Assembly: GCA_040007475.1 (NCBI GenBank)
Contig: JBDTVC010000002.1
Location: forward strand, 4,921 to 68,920
Length of the DNA: 64,000 nucleotides
Origin: Burkholderiales bacterium
GTDB taxonomy: Bacteria > Pseudomonadota > Gammaproteobacteria > Burkholderiales > Burkholderiaceae_C
Direction of reading: 5' to 3'
Every line of letters begins with the position of its first letter. The stretch's first letter is position 1. Positions 1-10,342 of this stretch are shown piece after piece. The position numbers and the translations under genes were made by a program. The notes under the pieces were generated by a model. That model ran no database searches and was not told the DNA's origin. It saw nothing but the letters and a program-made list of their open reading frames with translations.

Positions 1-1167
1 CTGATCCGCGAGGCCGCGGCGCAAGGCGCCGATGGCGCCAACGTCGAGGCGACGATGACGCTGATGCAGCGCGTGCGCCCGGTCGAGACCGAGTGGCGCA
101 AGGCCGCCACCGAACTGACGGCGCTCGAGGAGCGCTACAACCACGAGTCGCTCGATCAGTCCGCGCGATCGCGGCAGCAAGCGGCCTGGGCACTGGCCAT
201 CCTGGCACTCGCCACCTTGGTCGTCAGCGGCCTGCTGGCCTGGCGGCTGACGCGCGGCGTCACGCGGCCGGTGCATCAGGCGATTGCGCTCGCGGAGCGT
301 GTTGCCGGGGGCGACCTGTCGCAAGGCGTGGTGGAGCGCTTTCCCAGTGAATTCGGGCGACTGATGGCCTCGCTGCAGAACATGCAGGCATCGCTCGCCA
401 GCATGGTGCTGCAAGTGCGCGAATCGAGCGACAGCATTGGCACTGCATCGAGCGAGATCGCCAGTGGCAACCTCGATTTGAGCAACCGCACCGAACATGC
501 TGCCAGCAATCTGCAGCAGACCGCGTCGTCGATGGCGCAGTTGACCACGACCGTGAACCGCAGCGCCGACGCGGCACGTGATGCGAATCAGCTCGCATCG
601 TCGGCGACCGACGTGGCACGCCGCGGCGGGCAGGTCGTGACGCAGGTCGTCGAGACGATGGACGGCATCAACGCGTCGTCGAGGAAGATCGTCGACATCA
701 TCGGCGTGATCGACGGCATCGCGTTCCAGACCAACATCCTCGCGCTCAACGCGGCGGTCGAGGCGGCGCGTGCGGGCGAGCAGGGTCGCGGTTTCGCCGT
801 GGTGGCCGGCGAGGTGCGCTCGCTCGCGCAACGCAGCGCCGAGGCCGCGCGCGAGATCAAGGGGTTGATCGGCGACTCGGTCGACAAGGTCGCCTCCGGT
901 GCGCGCCTGGTGCAGGACGCCGGCGCGACGATGGACGAGATCGTCGGCTCGGTGCAGCGTGTCACCGACGTGATCGGGAGCATCACCTCGGCCGCGACGC
1001 ACCAGAGCAATGACATCGGCCAGGTCAACGGCGCGGTGCGCGAACTCGACGAGATGACGCAGCAGAACGCCGCGCTCGTGGAGCAGAGCGCGGCTGCCGC
1101 CAAGAGCCTCGAAGATCAGGTGCAGCGGCTGTCGGCGTTGGTGCGCGGCTTTCGCCTCGCGCCCTGA
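1..1167 (+). CDS. Methyl-accepting chemotaxis protein, 5' end outside the window
   Basis: The frame is open from nt 1; track ORF 55..1167 is only the first in-frame Met. It has a TM helix (AAWALAILALATLVVSGLLAW), a HAMP-like linker, and the conserved MCP signalling hairpin IAFQTNILALNAAVEAARAGEQGRGFAVVAGEVRSLAQRSA. Confidence 0.9.
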   Translation: MIREAAAQGADGANVEATMTLMQRVRPVETEWRKAATELTALEERYNHESLDQSARSRQQAAWALAILALATLVVSGLLAWRLTRGVTRPVHQAIALAERVAGGDLSQGVVERFPSEFGRLMASLQNMQASLASMVLQVRESSDSIGTASSEIASGNLDLSNRTEHAASNLQQTASSMAQLTTTVNRSADAARDANQLASSATDVARRGGQVVTQVVETMDGINASSRKIVDIIGVIDGIAFQTNILALNAAVEAARAGEQGRGFAVVAGEVRSLAQRSAEAAREIKGLIGDSVDKVASGARLVQDAGATMDEIVGSVQRVTDVIGSITSAATHQSNDIGQVNGAVRELDEMTQQNAALVEQSAAAAKSLEDQVQRLSALVRGFRLAP

Positions 1168-1185
1168 CGCGCGGCCGCGCAGCCG

Positions 1186-2445
1186 CTACTTCAGCGCGAA
1201 GGTCGCGAGCTTCTTCGCGACCGGGACGTTCTTCAGCGTCACGTAGACCGGCAGGCCGCCTTTGTACTTCGGGTAGTCCTCGCCCTGGATCAGCGGCGCG
1301 AGGTAGCGCTTGCACTTGTCGGTGATGCCGAAGCCATCCTTCGTGATGAAGTCGCGCGGCATGAATTTCTCGACGTTCGCGACCTTGGCGAGATCGGCCA
1401 CGCCGATCTTGTACTTGTACGGCACATCCGAGAGGCGCTCCACGGTGGGCATCACCGCGTTGCGCCCGGCCAGCGCGAGCTCGACCGCCTTCTGGCCCAG
1501 CTGGTAGGCCTGCTTCACGTCGGTGGCCGAGGCGATGTGGCGCGCCGCGCGCTGCAGGTAGTCGGCCACGGCCCAGTGGAACTTGTACCCCAGCGCCTGC
1601 TTGACCATGTTCGCGACGACCGGCGCCGCACCGCCGAGCTGCGCGTGGCCGAAGGCGTCGCGCGCTCCCTGCTCGGCGAGGAAGGTGCCGTCCGGGTGGT
1701 GGCAGCCCTCGGAGACGACGACGGTGCAGAAGCCGTGCGCCTTGACCAGCTTGTCGACGCGCGCGAGAAACTTCTTCTCGTCGAACTCGATCTCGGGGAA
1801 CAGCACGACGACCGGGATGCCGTGGTCCTCGACCAGCCCGCCGGCCGCCGCGATCCAGCCGGCATGGCGCCCCATCACCTCGACGACAAACACCTTCGTC
1901 GAGGTCTTGGCCATCGAGCGCACATCGAACGACGCTTCGAGCGTCGACACGGCGACGTACTTCGCGACGGAGCCGAAGCCCGGGCAGCAGTCGGTGATCG
2001 GCAGGTCGTTGTCGATCGTCTTCGGCACGTGGATCGCCTGCAGCGGGTAGCCCATCGCTTCGCTGAGCTGGCTCACCTTGAAGCAGGTGTCGGCCGAGTC
2101 GCCGCCGCCGTTGTAGAAGAAGTAGCCGATGTCGTGGGCCTTGAAGACCTCGATCAGGCGCTCGTACTCGCGGCGGTGCGTGTCGAGCGACTTGAGCTTG
2201 TAGCGGCACGAGCCGAACGCGCCTGATGGCGTGTTGCGCAGCGCGGCGATGGCACTGGCCGACTCCTTGCCGGTGTCGATCAGGTCTTCTGTGAGCGCGC
2301 CGATGATGCCGTTGCGGCCGGCGTAGACCTTGCCGATCTTGTCCTTGTGCTGGCGCGCAGTCTCGATCACGCCGCAGGCGGAGGCGTTGATGACGGCGGT
2401 CACACCGCCGGACTGCGCGTAGAACGCGTTCTTCTTCTTGGCCAT
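1186..2445 (-). CDS. 6-phosphofructokinase, PfkA family (ATP- or PPi-dependent, not distinguishable here)
   Basis: Full 419-aa ORF with GGVTAVINAS near the N-terminus and NGGGDS and PKTIDNDL PFK motifs. Convergent with the MCP gene across an 18-nt gap. Confidence 0.85.
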   Translation of the reverse strand: MAKKKNAFYAQSGGVTAVINASACGVIETARQHKDKIGKVYAGRNGIIGALTEDLIDTGKESASAIAALRNTPSGAFGSCRYKLKSLDTHRREYERLIEVFKAHDIGYFFYNGGGDSADTCFKVSQLSEAMGYPLQAIHVPKTIDNDLPITDCCPGFGSVAKYVAVSTLEASFDVRSMAKTSTKVFVVEVMGRHAGWIAAAGGLVEDHGIPVVVLFPEIEFDEKKFLARVDKLVKAHGFCTVVVSEGCHHPDGTFLAEQGARDAFGHAQLGGAAPVVANMVKQALGYKFHWAVADYLQRAARHIASATDVKQAYQLGQKAVELALAGRNAVMPTVERLSDVPYKYKIGVADLAKVANVEKFMPRDFITKDGFGITDKCKRYLAPLIQGEDYPKYKGGLPVYVTLKNVPVAKKLATFALK

Positions 2446-2473
2446 GTCGGCAATGCTCCCTGGGTGAATCGGA

Positions 2474-5152
2474 CTAGTCGGCGAGTGCGTTGGTGATGAT
2501 CTCGCGCACGTTCGGCGAGAGATCGACCTTGCTGGCCACGCGCACCAGCGCCTCGCGGGCGGCGCCGCGGTACGGCTCGGCGAGCTGGCTCCAGCGATCG
2601 AGCGCGCGCGCTGCGCGGGCGGCGAGCTGCGGGTTGAGCGCGTCGAGCTCGATCAGCGTGTCGGCCCAGAAGACATAGCCCGCTGCGTCACCGCGGTGGA
2701 AGGCCGCCGGGTTGCTCATCGTCAGCGTGGTGATCAGGCTGCGCGCGCGGTTCGGGTTCTTCATCGAGAAGTCCGGGTGCTTGAGCAGCTGCTTGACGCG
2801 CGCGAACACGCGGCCATCGAGCTCCGGGGCACCGGCCTGCAGCGCGAACCAGCTGTCGACCACCAGCGCCTCGTGGCGGAACAGGTCGTAGAACTTCTGC
2901 AGCGCGGCCTCGGTCGGCTCCGCGTGCGAGCGCACCAGCGCGCCGAGCGCGCCGAGGCGGTCGGTCATGTTGGTGGCGTCCTTGAAACGCTGGTAGGTGC
3001 GGCCTTGCCAGACCGTGTCGCGCTGCGCGACGGCGTCAAGGCAGATCATGCCGAGCGCGCGGTTCGCGAGCGCGCGCCGGCCCGACGACACCGAGTCCGG
3101 CGAGTACGCACCAGCAACCTGGTGCGTCTCGTAGGCCCACTCCCAGTCGGCGCGCAGCGCGCGGGCGAGCTGCGCCAGCATCGACTCGCGCGCCCGGTGG
3201 ATCCGCTGCGGCTCGACCGCCGAGACATGCTCGGCCACCCAGGCCTCGCTCGGCAGGCGCAGGACCAGGTCCTTGAACGCGGCGTCGAGCGTCGGGTGGC
3301 GCAGCACGCCGCGCATCGCGTCGACGAACGGCGCATCGAGCTCGACCGGCACGTCGCTGGCGGCGGCCGCGACCAGGCGGCCGAGCGCCAGGCGCTGGCC
3401 GGCTTCCCAGCGGTTGAACGGATCGGTGTCGTGCTGCAGCAGCACCAGCAGGTCGGCGTCGAGCAGGCCGTCGACCAGGATCACCGGGGCCGAGAATCCG
3501 CGCAGCAGCGAAGGCACGGGCTCGGCATCGACGTTGACGAAGGTGAAGAAGCTGCGCGCGTCTTCGAGCACGAGCAACTGCTCGGTCGCGCCCGTGGCCG
3601 GCGTGTCCTCGAGCTGCACGGGCAGGGCGCGGCCGTCGCGCGAGACGAGGCCGACCGCCAGCGGGATCACGAACGGGTCTTTCGCGCCGTGGCCTGTCGG
3701 CGAACCGGCCTGTTCGATGCCCAGCGTGTAGGTGCGCGACGGCGCGTCGTAGCGGCCACGCGCGGAGATGCGCGGCGTGCCGGCCTGCGAGTACCAGCGC
3801 TTGAACTGCGGCAGCGTGCGGGCAAGGGCGCTCGCGGGGTTCGCGTCGGCGATCGCCTGCGCGAAGTCGTCGCAGGTCACGGCCTGGCCGTCGAAGCGCT
3901 CGAAGTAGAGCTGCATGCCGCGCGCGAAGCCCTCGCGGCCGACCAGCGTGTGCATCATGCGCACGACCTCGGCACCCTTTTCGTAGACGGTCGCGGTGTA
4001 GAAGTTGTTGATCTCGACGTAGCTGTCGGGCCGCACCGGGTGCGCCATCGGGCCGGCGTCCTCGGGAAACTGCGTCTCGCGCAGGCGTCGCACGTCTTCG
4101 ATGCGCTTGACGGCGCGGGCCACGTCGGCGCCGGACATGTCCATGCTGAACTCCTGATCGCGGAAGACCGTCAGGCCTTCCTTCAGGCTGAGCTGGAACC
4201 AGTCGCGGCAGGTGATGCGGTTGCCGGTCCAGTTGTGGAAGTACTCGTGGCCGACGACCGACTCGATCGCCGAGTAGTCGTTGTCGGTCGCCGTCGCCGC
4301 GCTCGCCAGCACGTACTTGGTGTTGAAGATGTTGAGGCCCTTGTTCTCCATCGCCCCCATGTTGAAGTCTTCAACCGCAACGATCATGAAGCGTTCGAGG
4401 TCGAGCGGCAGCTTGAAGCGCGCCTCGTCCCAGATGATCGAGGCGATCAGCGAGTTCATCGCGTGCTCGGTCTTGTCGAGGTCGCCGCGCCTGACGAAGA
4501 TCTGCAGCAGGTGATCCTTGCCCGCGCGGGTGCGGATGTTCTGCTGCCGCACGACGAGATCGGCGGCGACGAGCGCGAACAGGTAGCTCGGCTTCGGGAA
4601 CGGGTCGTGCCACTTCGCGAAGTGGCGGCCGTTGTCGAGCTCGCCCTGCGCGACGAGGTTGCCGTTGCTGAGCAGGACCGGATACGACGCCTTGTTCGCG
4701 CGCAACGTGACGCTGTAGACCGCCATCACGTCCGGGCGATCGAGGAAGTACGTGATGCGCCGGAAGCCCTCGGCTTCACACTGCGTGAAGAAGCCGCTGG
4801 CCGAGGTGTACAGGCCCGACAGCTGGGTGTTCTTCGCGGGCGCGCAGGTGTTGCGGATCTCGAGCGTGAACGGGCCGGCCGGCATGTCCTGCAGCGCGTC
4901 GATCACGAGCATGCCGGCCTCATGCCGGAACGAGACCGACGCGCCGTTCACGAGCACGCGGGTCAGCGTGATGTCTTCGCCGTGCAGGCGCAGTGGCTGC
5001 GCGGGCACCTCGGTGTTGCGCTCGACCTGCATCGAGCTGATCACCATGGTCTTGGCCGGGTCGAGGTCGAAGGTCAGGTCGACGCTGCGGATCCAGAACG
5101 CCGGTGCCGCGTAGTCGGCCAACCGGATCACGGGGGAAGTGCCTTCACGCAT
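2474..5152 (-). CDS. pepN: Aminopeptidase N (M1 zinc metallopeptidase)
   Basis: GAMENKGLNIFN exopeptidase motif and HEYFHNWTGNR zinc motif; about 890 aa. Start chosen at MREGTSPVIRLADYAAP (Met13 of the track ORF) by analogy with PepN N-termini. Met1 at 5188 is also possible. Confidence 0.92.
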   Translation of the reverse strand: MREGTSPVIRLADYAAPAFWIRSVDLTFDLDPAKTMVISSMQVERNTEVPAQPLRLHGEDITLTRVLVNGASVSFRHEAGMLVIDALQDMPAGPFTLEIRNTCAPAKNTQLSGLYTSASGFFTQCEAEGFRRITYFLDRPDVMAVYSVTLRANKASYPVLLSNGNLVAQGELDNGRHFAKWHDPFPKPSYLFALVAADLVVRQQNIRTRAGKDHLLQIFVRRGDLDKTEHAMNSLIASIIWDEARFKLPLDLERFMIVAVEDFNMGAMENKGLNIFNTKYVLASAATATDNDYSAIESVVGHEYFHNWTGNRITCRDWFQLSLKEGLTVFRDQEFSMDMSGADVARAVKRIEDVRRLRETQFPEDAGPMAHPVRPDSYVEINNFYTATVYEKGAEVVRMMHTLVGREGFARGMQLYFERFDGQAVTCDDFAQAIADANPASALARTLPQFKRWYSQAGTPRISARGRYDAPSRTYTLGIEQAGSPTGHGAKDPFVIPLAVGLVSRDGRALPVQLEDTPATGATEQLLVLEDARSFFTFVNVDAEPVPSLLRGFSAPVILVDGLLDADLLVLLQHDTDPFNRWEAGQRLALGRLVAAAASDVPVELDAPFVDAMRGVLRHPTLDAAFKDLVLRLPSEAWVAEHVSAVEPQRIHRARESMLAQLARALRADWEWAYETHQVAGAYSPDSVSSGRRALANRALGMICLDAVAQRDTVWQGRTYQRFKDATNMTDRLGALGALVRSHAEPTEAALQKFYDLFRHEALVVDSWFALQAGAPELDGRVFARVKQLLKHPDFSMKNPNRARSLITTLTMSNPAAFHRGDAAGYVFWADTLIELDALNPQLAARAARALDRWSQLAEPYRGAAREALVRVASKVDLSPNVREIITNALAD

Positions 5153-5819
5153 CTTGGTGTGCCTTTTGGTGGGCGCGTTGCAGCTCATGCAACGCCAGTC
5201 TCGAAAAATCAGGTGCGATGGCGATCACGTTGTCGAACGCGGCAAACGCGTCGGCGGGCAGGGTGGTCGTGAGCACCACGGCCTTCATGCCGGCGCGGCG
5301 CGCGCCTTCGACGCCGAGCGGAGCGTCCTCGAACACGACGCAGTGCTCGGGCGGCAGCCCCAAGCGCCGGGCCGCTTCGAGAAAGATGTCGGGGTGCGGC
5401 TTGCCGCGCAGGCCATCTGCGGGGCTGGTGACGGTGTCGACCCAGGCGTCGATGCCGTGGCGTTCGAACGCGAGCGCCATGTTCGGCAGCGTCGCGGCGG
5501 TGCACACGGCGAGCTTGAGGCCCATCGCACGAGCCTGCTCGGCGAAACCCTGCGCACCCGGGATCAGCGACAGCGACTGCGCGGCAAATTCGCGGTAGAT
5601 CGCTTCCTTGGCGTCCGCCATCGCGACGTGCTCCTCGGCGCTGTGTCCGGGGAACAGATCGAGCAGGATCTCGGCGTTGGAGCGGCCTGCGGTCTTCGCG
5701 AACGACAACTCGTCGCCCATCACGCTGCCGCGCCGCGCATGCCACTCGACCCACGCGTTGTGGTGCAGGGGCATGCTGTCGATCAGCGTGCCGTCCAGAT
5801 CGAAGAGAAGGGCCTTCAT
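5145..5819 (-). CDS. HAD-superfamily hydrolase, beta-phosphoglucomutase-like subfamily
   Basis: Starts at MKALLFDLDGTLIDS (HAD motif I). The track ORF 5145..6236 carries a 139-aa Arg/Pro/Gly-rich extension that overlaps a repeat element and the prfB 3' end, so it was trimmed to Met140. Confidence 0.8.
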   Translation of the reverse strand: MKALLFDLDGTLIDSMPLHHNAWVEWHARRGSVMGDELSFAKTAGRSNAEILLDLFPGHSAEEHVAMADAKEAIYREFAAQSLSLIPGAQGFAEQARAMGLKLAVCTAATLPNMALAFERHGIDAWVDTVTSPADGLRGKPHPDIFLEAARRLGLPPEHCVVFEDAPLGVEGARRAGMKAVVLTTTLPADAFAAFDNVIAIAPDFSRLALHELQRAHQKAHQDA

Positions 5820-5825
5820 GACAAC

Positions 5826-5935
5826 CCCTCGTCTGCGGAGTACCGCAGCCGATCCCCCGAGGGGATGTGGGCCGGCTTGGCCGGGCCACAAAGGGCCCCT
5901 GCGTGGCCCTTGCCCGGCGCTCGGCCCACCGCGTG
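5826..5935 (+). repeat. REP-like multi-hairpin intergenic repeat, copy A (with an internal insertion)
   Basis: CTGCGG-AGTA-CCGCAG hairpin (5833..5848), then ATCCCC-CGA-GGGGAT hairpin (5852..5866), then a GC-rich arm GGGCCGGCTTGG...CCCGGCGCTCGGCCC. Near-identical in order and sequence to 37141..37216. Confidence 0.75.
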
Positions 5936-5956
5936 CCTTGGGGTCGTGGCCATTCG

Positions 5957-7064
5957 TCAGACGCCTTGCTTCAGGCTGGCCTCGATGAACTGATCGAGAT
6001 CGCCATCGAGCACCTTCTGCGTCGCACTGGTCTCGTAGTTCGTGCGCAGATCCTTGATGCGGCTCTGATCCAGCACGTACGAGCGGATCTGGTGGCCCCA
6101 GCCGACATCGGTCTTGGTGTCTTCCAGCTTCTGCTGCTCTTCCATGCGCTTGCGCATCTCGTGGTCGAACAGGCGTGAGCGCAGCCGCTTCCAGGCCACG
6201 TCGCGGTTGCTGTGCTGGCTGCGGCCGTCCTGGCATTGCACGACGATGCCGGTCGGGATGTGCGTGAGCCGCACCGCCGAATCGGTCTTGTTGATGTGCT
6301 GGCCGCCGGCGCCGCTGGCGCGGAAGGTATCGGTGCGCACGTCCGCCGGGTTGATGTCGATCTCGATCGAATCGTCGACCTCGGGGTAGACGAACAGGCT
6401 GGCGAAGCTCGTGTGCCGGCCGCCGGCCGAGTCGAACGGGCTCTTGCGCACCAGGCGGTGCACGCCGGTCTCGGTGCGAAGCAGGCCGAACGCGTACTCG
6501 CCCTCGACCTTGATCGTGGCGCTCTTGATGCCCGCGATGTCGCCCGCGGTCTCGTCTTCCATCGTCGTCTTGAAGCCCTTGCGCTCGGCGTACTTCAGGT
6601 ATTGGCGCAGCAGCATGCTGGCCCAGTCACAGGCCTCGGTCCCGCCGGCGCCGGCCTGGATGTCGATGAAGCAGTTGCTCGGGTCGGCCGGGTTGTTGAA
6701 CATGCGGCGGAACTCGAGCTGCGCGACGGTCGCCTCGAGCTTGGCAGCGTCGGCCTCGATGGCTTTCATGCCGGCCTCGTCGCCGTCGGCCTTCGACATC
6801 TCGAAGAGCTCGGTGTTGTCGGCGAGGTTGCTGGTCAGGTGGTCGATCGTCTCGACCACGTTCTCGAGCGTTCGCTTCTCGCGGCCCAGCTCCTGCGCGC
6901 GCTTGGGCTCGTCCCAGACCTTGGGGTTCTCGAGCGCGGCGTTGACTTCGTTGAGTCTCAGGGCTTTGCGATCGTAGTCAAAGATACCCCCGGAGGTCGA
7001 CCGTGCGCTTCGTCAGGTCGGCCAGGGTGTTGCCGATGGCATTGATGTGTTCGACGTCCATCAT
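5957..7064 (-). CDS. prfB: Peptide chain release factor 2, expressed through a programmed +1 ribosomal frameshift
   Basis: Track ORF 6978..7451 ends in [28 protein letters not shown]-stop, which is the RF2 N-terminus. ORF 5957..6859 carries the [23 protein letters not shown] (GGQ) domain. The frames join at CTT TGA C and continue GAC TAC GAT. Confidence 0.95.
6977..6992 (-). promoter_or_regulatory. prfB autoregulatory +1 frameshift cassette
   Basis: The minus strand reads CGG GGG TAT CTT TGA C. An internal Shine-Dalgarno-like GGGGG sits 3 nt before the slippery CTT, followed by an in-frame TGA in the weak TGA-C context. This is the same string as the classical E. coli prfB site. Confidence 0.93.
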
Positions 7065-7114
7065 GTTCGTTCTCGATGCTTCAGGAAAGCGGGCGATTTT
7101 ACGCGCCACCCGAG

Positions 7115-8035
7115 TCACGGCGAGAAGAACCCCTCCAGCAGCTGTGCCAGCGCCTCCGGCTGGTCGTGGTGCAGCATGTGGCCGGCCGGCGCGAGGACGT
7201 GGCGCTGCACGGGCGCGGTGACCACGTTGAGCCGCTCGTGGAACTCGGGCTTCGAGTAGCGCGTGCCCCACCAGCGCGATACATCCGTCTGATCGCCCTC
7301 GACCCACATCACCGGCGCGGTGATCAGCTTCCAGCATTCGAGCACCTCGTCGCGCTGGTACAGCGACGGCGTGCCGCGCTTGTGGACCGGGTCGCCCAGG
7401 ATCTCGAAACGCCCGTCGGCCTTCTGGCGCGACCAGTGCTGCGCCAGCCACAGCGAGCGCCCGATGGGCAGCAGCGGGTTGTTCTTGCGCAACCGGTGCG
7501 CCACGGCCTCGACGCTAGCGTAGTCGCGCAGCTCGACCGGTGCCTTCAGCTCGTCCAGCCACTGCAGGAAGCGCTTCGGCGATTGCGACGGCTTCGTCGT
7601 CGGCATGCCGAAGCCCTCGAGGTTGACGAGCCGGCGGACGCGCTCGGGCCGCAGCCCGCCGTAGATCATCACCACGTTGCCACCCATGCTGTGGCCGACG
7701 AGGTCGATCGGGTGCGCGGCGAGGCCCAACACGTCGAACGCGGCGTCGAGATCGCCCACGTAGTCGGGCAGCCAGTAGGTGTCGGCCGGCGCGGGGTCGC
7801 TCAGGCCGAAGCCGCGCCAGTCGAACGCGAGCACGTGCCGGTCGCTCGCCAGCGCATCGACGACGAACTGGAACGACGCCGCCACGTCCATCCAGCCGTG
7901 CTGCATCAGCACGGTCGGGCGTTCGGGCGTGGCCATCGCCGCGTCGCCCCATTCGAGCACGTGGTGGCGCAGGCCACGCAGCGTGACGAAGCGGCTGCGG
8001 CTGGGGCGTCGGACGGTGTAGGTGTCAGCGGTCAT
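7115..8035 (-). CDS. Alpha/beta-fold hydrolase
   Basis: GHSMGG nucleophile elbow and about 306 aa. Start set at MTADTYTVRRPS (Met29 of track ORF 7115..8119) to avoid overlap with the divergent GNAT gene. Confidence 0.75.
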   Translation of the reverse strand: MTADTYTVRRPSRSRFVTLRGLRHHVLEWGDAAMATPERPTVLMQHGWMDVAASFQFVVDALASDRHVLAFDWRGFGLSDPAPADTYWLPDYVGDLDAAFDVLGLAAHPIDLVGHSMGGNVVMIYGGLRPERVRRLVNLEGFGMPTTKPSQSPKRFLQWLDELKAPVELRDYASVEAVAHRLRKNNPLLPIGRSLWLAQHWSRQKADGRFEILGDPVHKRGTPSLYQRDEVLECWKLITAPVMWVEGDQTDVSRWWGTRYSKPEFHERLNVVTAPVQRHVLAPAGHMLHHDQPEALAQLLEGFFSP

Positions 8036-8109
8036 GCGTGGCACTGTACGCGGGCGAGGCGATTCGCGCTGTCCGCGGTGAGACAGGGCAGCGATGCGAG
8101 AATCGGCGC

Positions 8110-8625
8110 ATGAGTTCACCCCCTCCCTTCACGCTGCGCGCGGCCGAGTTGCGCGACGTCGGTGCCATCGTCCAACTTATCCGCGAACTGGCCGAGTTCG
8201 AGAACCTCACCCATCTGCTGCAGGTCACGCCCGAGAAGCTGCGCCCGCAGCTGTTCGGCGAGCGGCCCGCGGCCGAGGCGCTGGTGGCAGAGCTCGGTGA
8301 CGGAAAGTCGGAGGGCAAGAGCGGCGGCGAGGTCGTCGGTTTCGCGCTGTTCTTCACCAACTTCTCGACCTTTCTCGCGCAGCCGGGGCTGTACCTCGAA
8401 GACCTGTTCGTCAAGCCCGAGCGCCGTGGCCTGGGCATCGGCGCGGCGCTGCTGACGCGGCTCGGCCGCATCGCCGTGGATCGCGACTACGGCCGCTTCG
8501 AGTGGAGCGTGCTCGACTGGAACGCGAACGCGATCCGCTTCTACGAGCGCATGGGCGCGACCGTGATGCCCGAGTGGCGCATCTGCCGCGTCACCGGCGA
8601 GGCGCTCGAGCGCTTTCGCGCCTGA
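8110..8625 (+). CDS. GNAT-family N-acetyltransferase (diamine acetyltransferase-like)
   Basis: Begins MSSPPPFTLRAAELRD. Acetyl-CoA motif A RRGLGIGAALL. About 171 aa after trimming the track ORF (8038) to Met25. Confidence 0.8.
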   Translation: MSSPPPFTLRAAELRDVGAIVQLIRELAEFENLTHLLQVTPEKLRPQLFGERPAAEALVAELGDGKSEGKSGGEVVGFALFFTNFSTFLAQPGLYLEDLFVKPERRGLGIGAALLTRLGRIAVDRDYGRFEWSVLDWNANAIRFYERMGATVMPEWRICRVTGEALERFRA

Positions 8626-8667
8626 GCCGCGCGCCGACCCCAGCAGTGCCGCCCGCGGAGCCCGACC

Positions 8668-10341
8668 ATGCCCGCACCCGTCGATGCGTACGCGCGGCTG
8701 CACAGCGAGTTCCGCTGGCATGTGCCGAAGCACTTCAACATCGCCGAGGTCTGCTGCGCGCGCTGGGCGCGCGACACGCCCGACGCGGTCGCGATCCGCG
8801 CGGAGTACGCGAACGGGCGCATCGCCGCGCACACCTATGCCGAGCTGCAGCGCGATGCGAACCGCCTCGCCAACGCCCTGGTGCGCCTGGGCGTGAGGCG
8901 CGGCGACCGCGTCGCGATCGTGATGCCGCAGCGCGTGGAGACGGCGATCGCGCACATCGCGATCTACCAGCTCGGCGCGGTGGCGATGCCGCTGTCGATG
9001 CTGTTCGGGCCGGACGCGCTGGAGTACCGGCTGAACGACAGCGCGGCGCGCATCGCGCTCGTCGACGAGAGCGCGATCGCGAACGTGTTGGCGGTACGGT
9101 CGCAGTGTCCGGGGATCACGACGCTGATCGCCGTCGGCGCCACGCAGGGGCAGGGCGACATTGACTGGCGTGATGCGGTCGCGGCCGAGGCGCCGACCTT
9201 TGCCGCAGTGACGACACTGGCCGACGACGCCGCGGTGCTGATCTACACGAGCGGCACGACCGGCCCGCCGAAGGGCGCGCTGATCCCGCACCGCGCGCTG
9301 ATCGGCAATCTGAGCGGCTTCGTCGCGAGCCAGAACTGGTTTCCCCAGGATGACGCCGTGTTCTGGTCGCCGGCCGACTGGGCGTGGACGGGCGGCCTGA
9401 TGGATGCGCTGCTGCCCACGCTGTACTTCGGGCGCGAGATCGTCGGCTACATGGGCCGCTTCTCGGCCGAGACGGCGTTCGAGCTGATGCAGCGCCACCG
9501 CGTCACGCACACCTTCCTGTTCCCGACCGCGCTGAAGGCGATGATGAAGGCCTTGCCCGAGCCGCGCGCACGCTACACGCTGCATCTGCGCGCGATCATG
9601 AGCGCCGGCGAGGCGGTCGGCGACGCGGTGTTCGGCTGGTGTCGCGATGCGCTGAAGGTGCCGGTCAACGAGATGTTCGGCCAGACCGAGGTGAACTACA
9701 TCGTCGGCAACTCGCATGCGAAGTGGCCGGCACGGCCCGGCAGCATGGGTCGGCCGTATCCCGGCCACCGTGTCGCGGTGATCGACGACGACGGCCGCGA
9801 GTGCCCGCGCGGTACGCCAGGCGACGTGGCACTGCACCGGCGCGACGTGCATGGCGAGCCCGACCCGATCTTCTTCCTCGGCTACTGGAACAACGAGGCT
9901 GCGACGCGTGCCAAGTTCACCGGCGACGTGATCGACAGCTGGTGCCGCACCGGCGACATGGCGGTGATGGATGCCGACGGCTACCTCTGGTACCACGGCC
10001 GCAGCGACGACGTGTTCAAGGCTGCCGGCTACCGCATCGGCCCGAGCGAGATCGAGAACTGCCTCGTGAAGCATGCGGCCGTGGCGAATGCCGCGGTCGT
10101 GCCCAAGCCCGACGCCGAGCGCGGTGCGCTGGTCAAGGCCTATGTCGTGCTCGCGCCAGGCTTCGAGGGTGATGCTGCGCTGATCGCGGCCCTGCAGCAG
10201 CACGTGCGCGGCCAGCTCGCGCCCTACGAGTACCCGAAGGAGATCGAGTTCATCGACGCACTGCCGATGACGACGACCGGCAAGGTGCAGCGGCGCGTGT
10301 TGCGGCTGCAGGAAGAGGAGCGCGCCAAGGCGCGGCGCTGA
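8668..10341 (+). CDS. AMP-forming acyl-CoA synthetase / AMP-dependent ligase
   Basis: YTSGTTGPPKG AMP-binding signature, later TGD and GRSDD motifs, C-terminal GKVQR lysine; 557 aa. Confidence 0.88.
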   Translation: MPAPVDAYARLHSEFRWHVPKHFNIAEVCCARWARDTPDAVAIRAEYANGRIAAHTYAELQRDANRLANALVRLGVRRGDRVAIVMPQRVETAIAHIAIYQLGAVAMPLSMLFGPDALEYRLNDSAARIALVDESAIANVLAVRSQCPGITTLIAVGATQGQGDIDWRDAVAAEAPTFAAVTTLADDAAVLIYTSGTTGPPKGALIPHRALIGNLSGFVASQNWFPQDDAVFWSPADWAWTGGLMDALLPTLYFGREIVGYMGRFSAETAFELMQRHRVTHTFLFPTALKAMMKALPEPRARYTLHLRAIMSAGEAVGDAVFGWCRDALKVPVNEMFGQTEVNYIVGNSHAKWPARPGSMGRPYPGHRVAVIDDDGRECPRGTPGDVALHRRDVHGEPDPIFFLGYWNNEAATRAKFTGDVIDSWCRTGDMAVMDADGYLWYHGRSDDVFKAAGYRIGPSEIENCLVKHAAVANAAVVPKPDAERGALVKAYVVLAPGFEGDAALIAALQQHVRGQLAPYEYPKEIEFIDALPMTTTGKVQRRVLRLQEEERAKARR

Positions 10342-10342
10342 A

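Noticed and set aside
2696-5272. 858-aa ORF on the plus strand
   Set aside because: It is exactly antisense to pepN, which has unambiguous M1 peptidase motifs. Its composition is dominated by Arg/Ala/Gly/Val/Asp-Glu runs typical of shadow frames in GC-rich DNA, with no recognisable motif.
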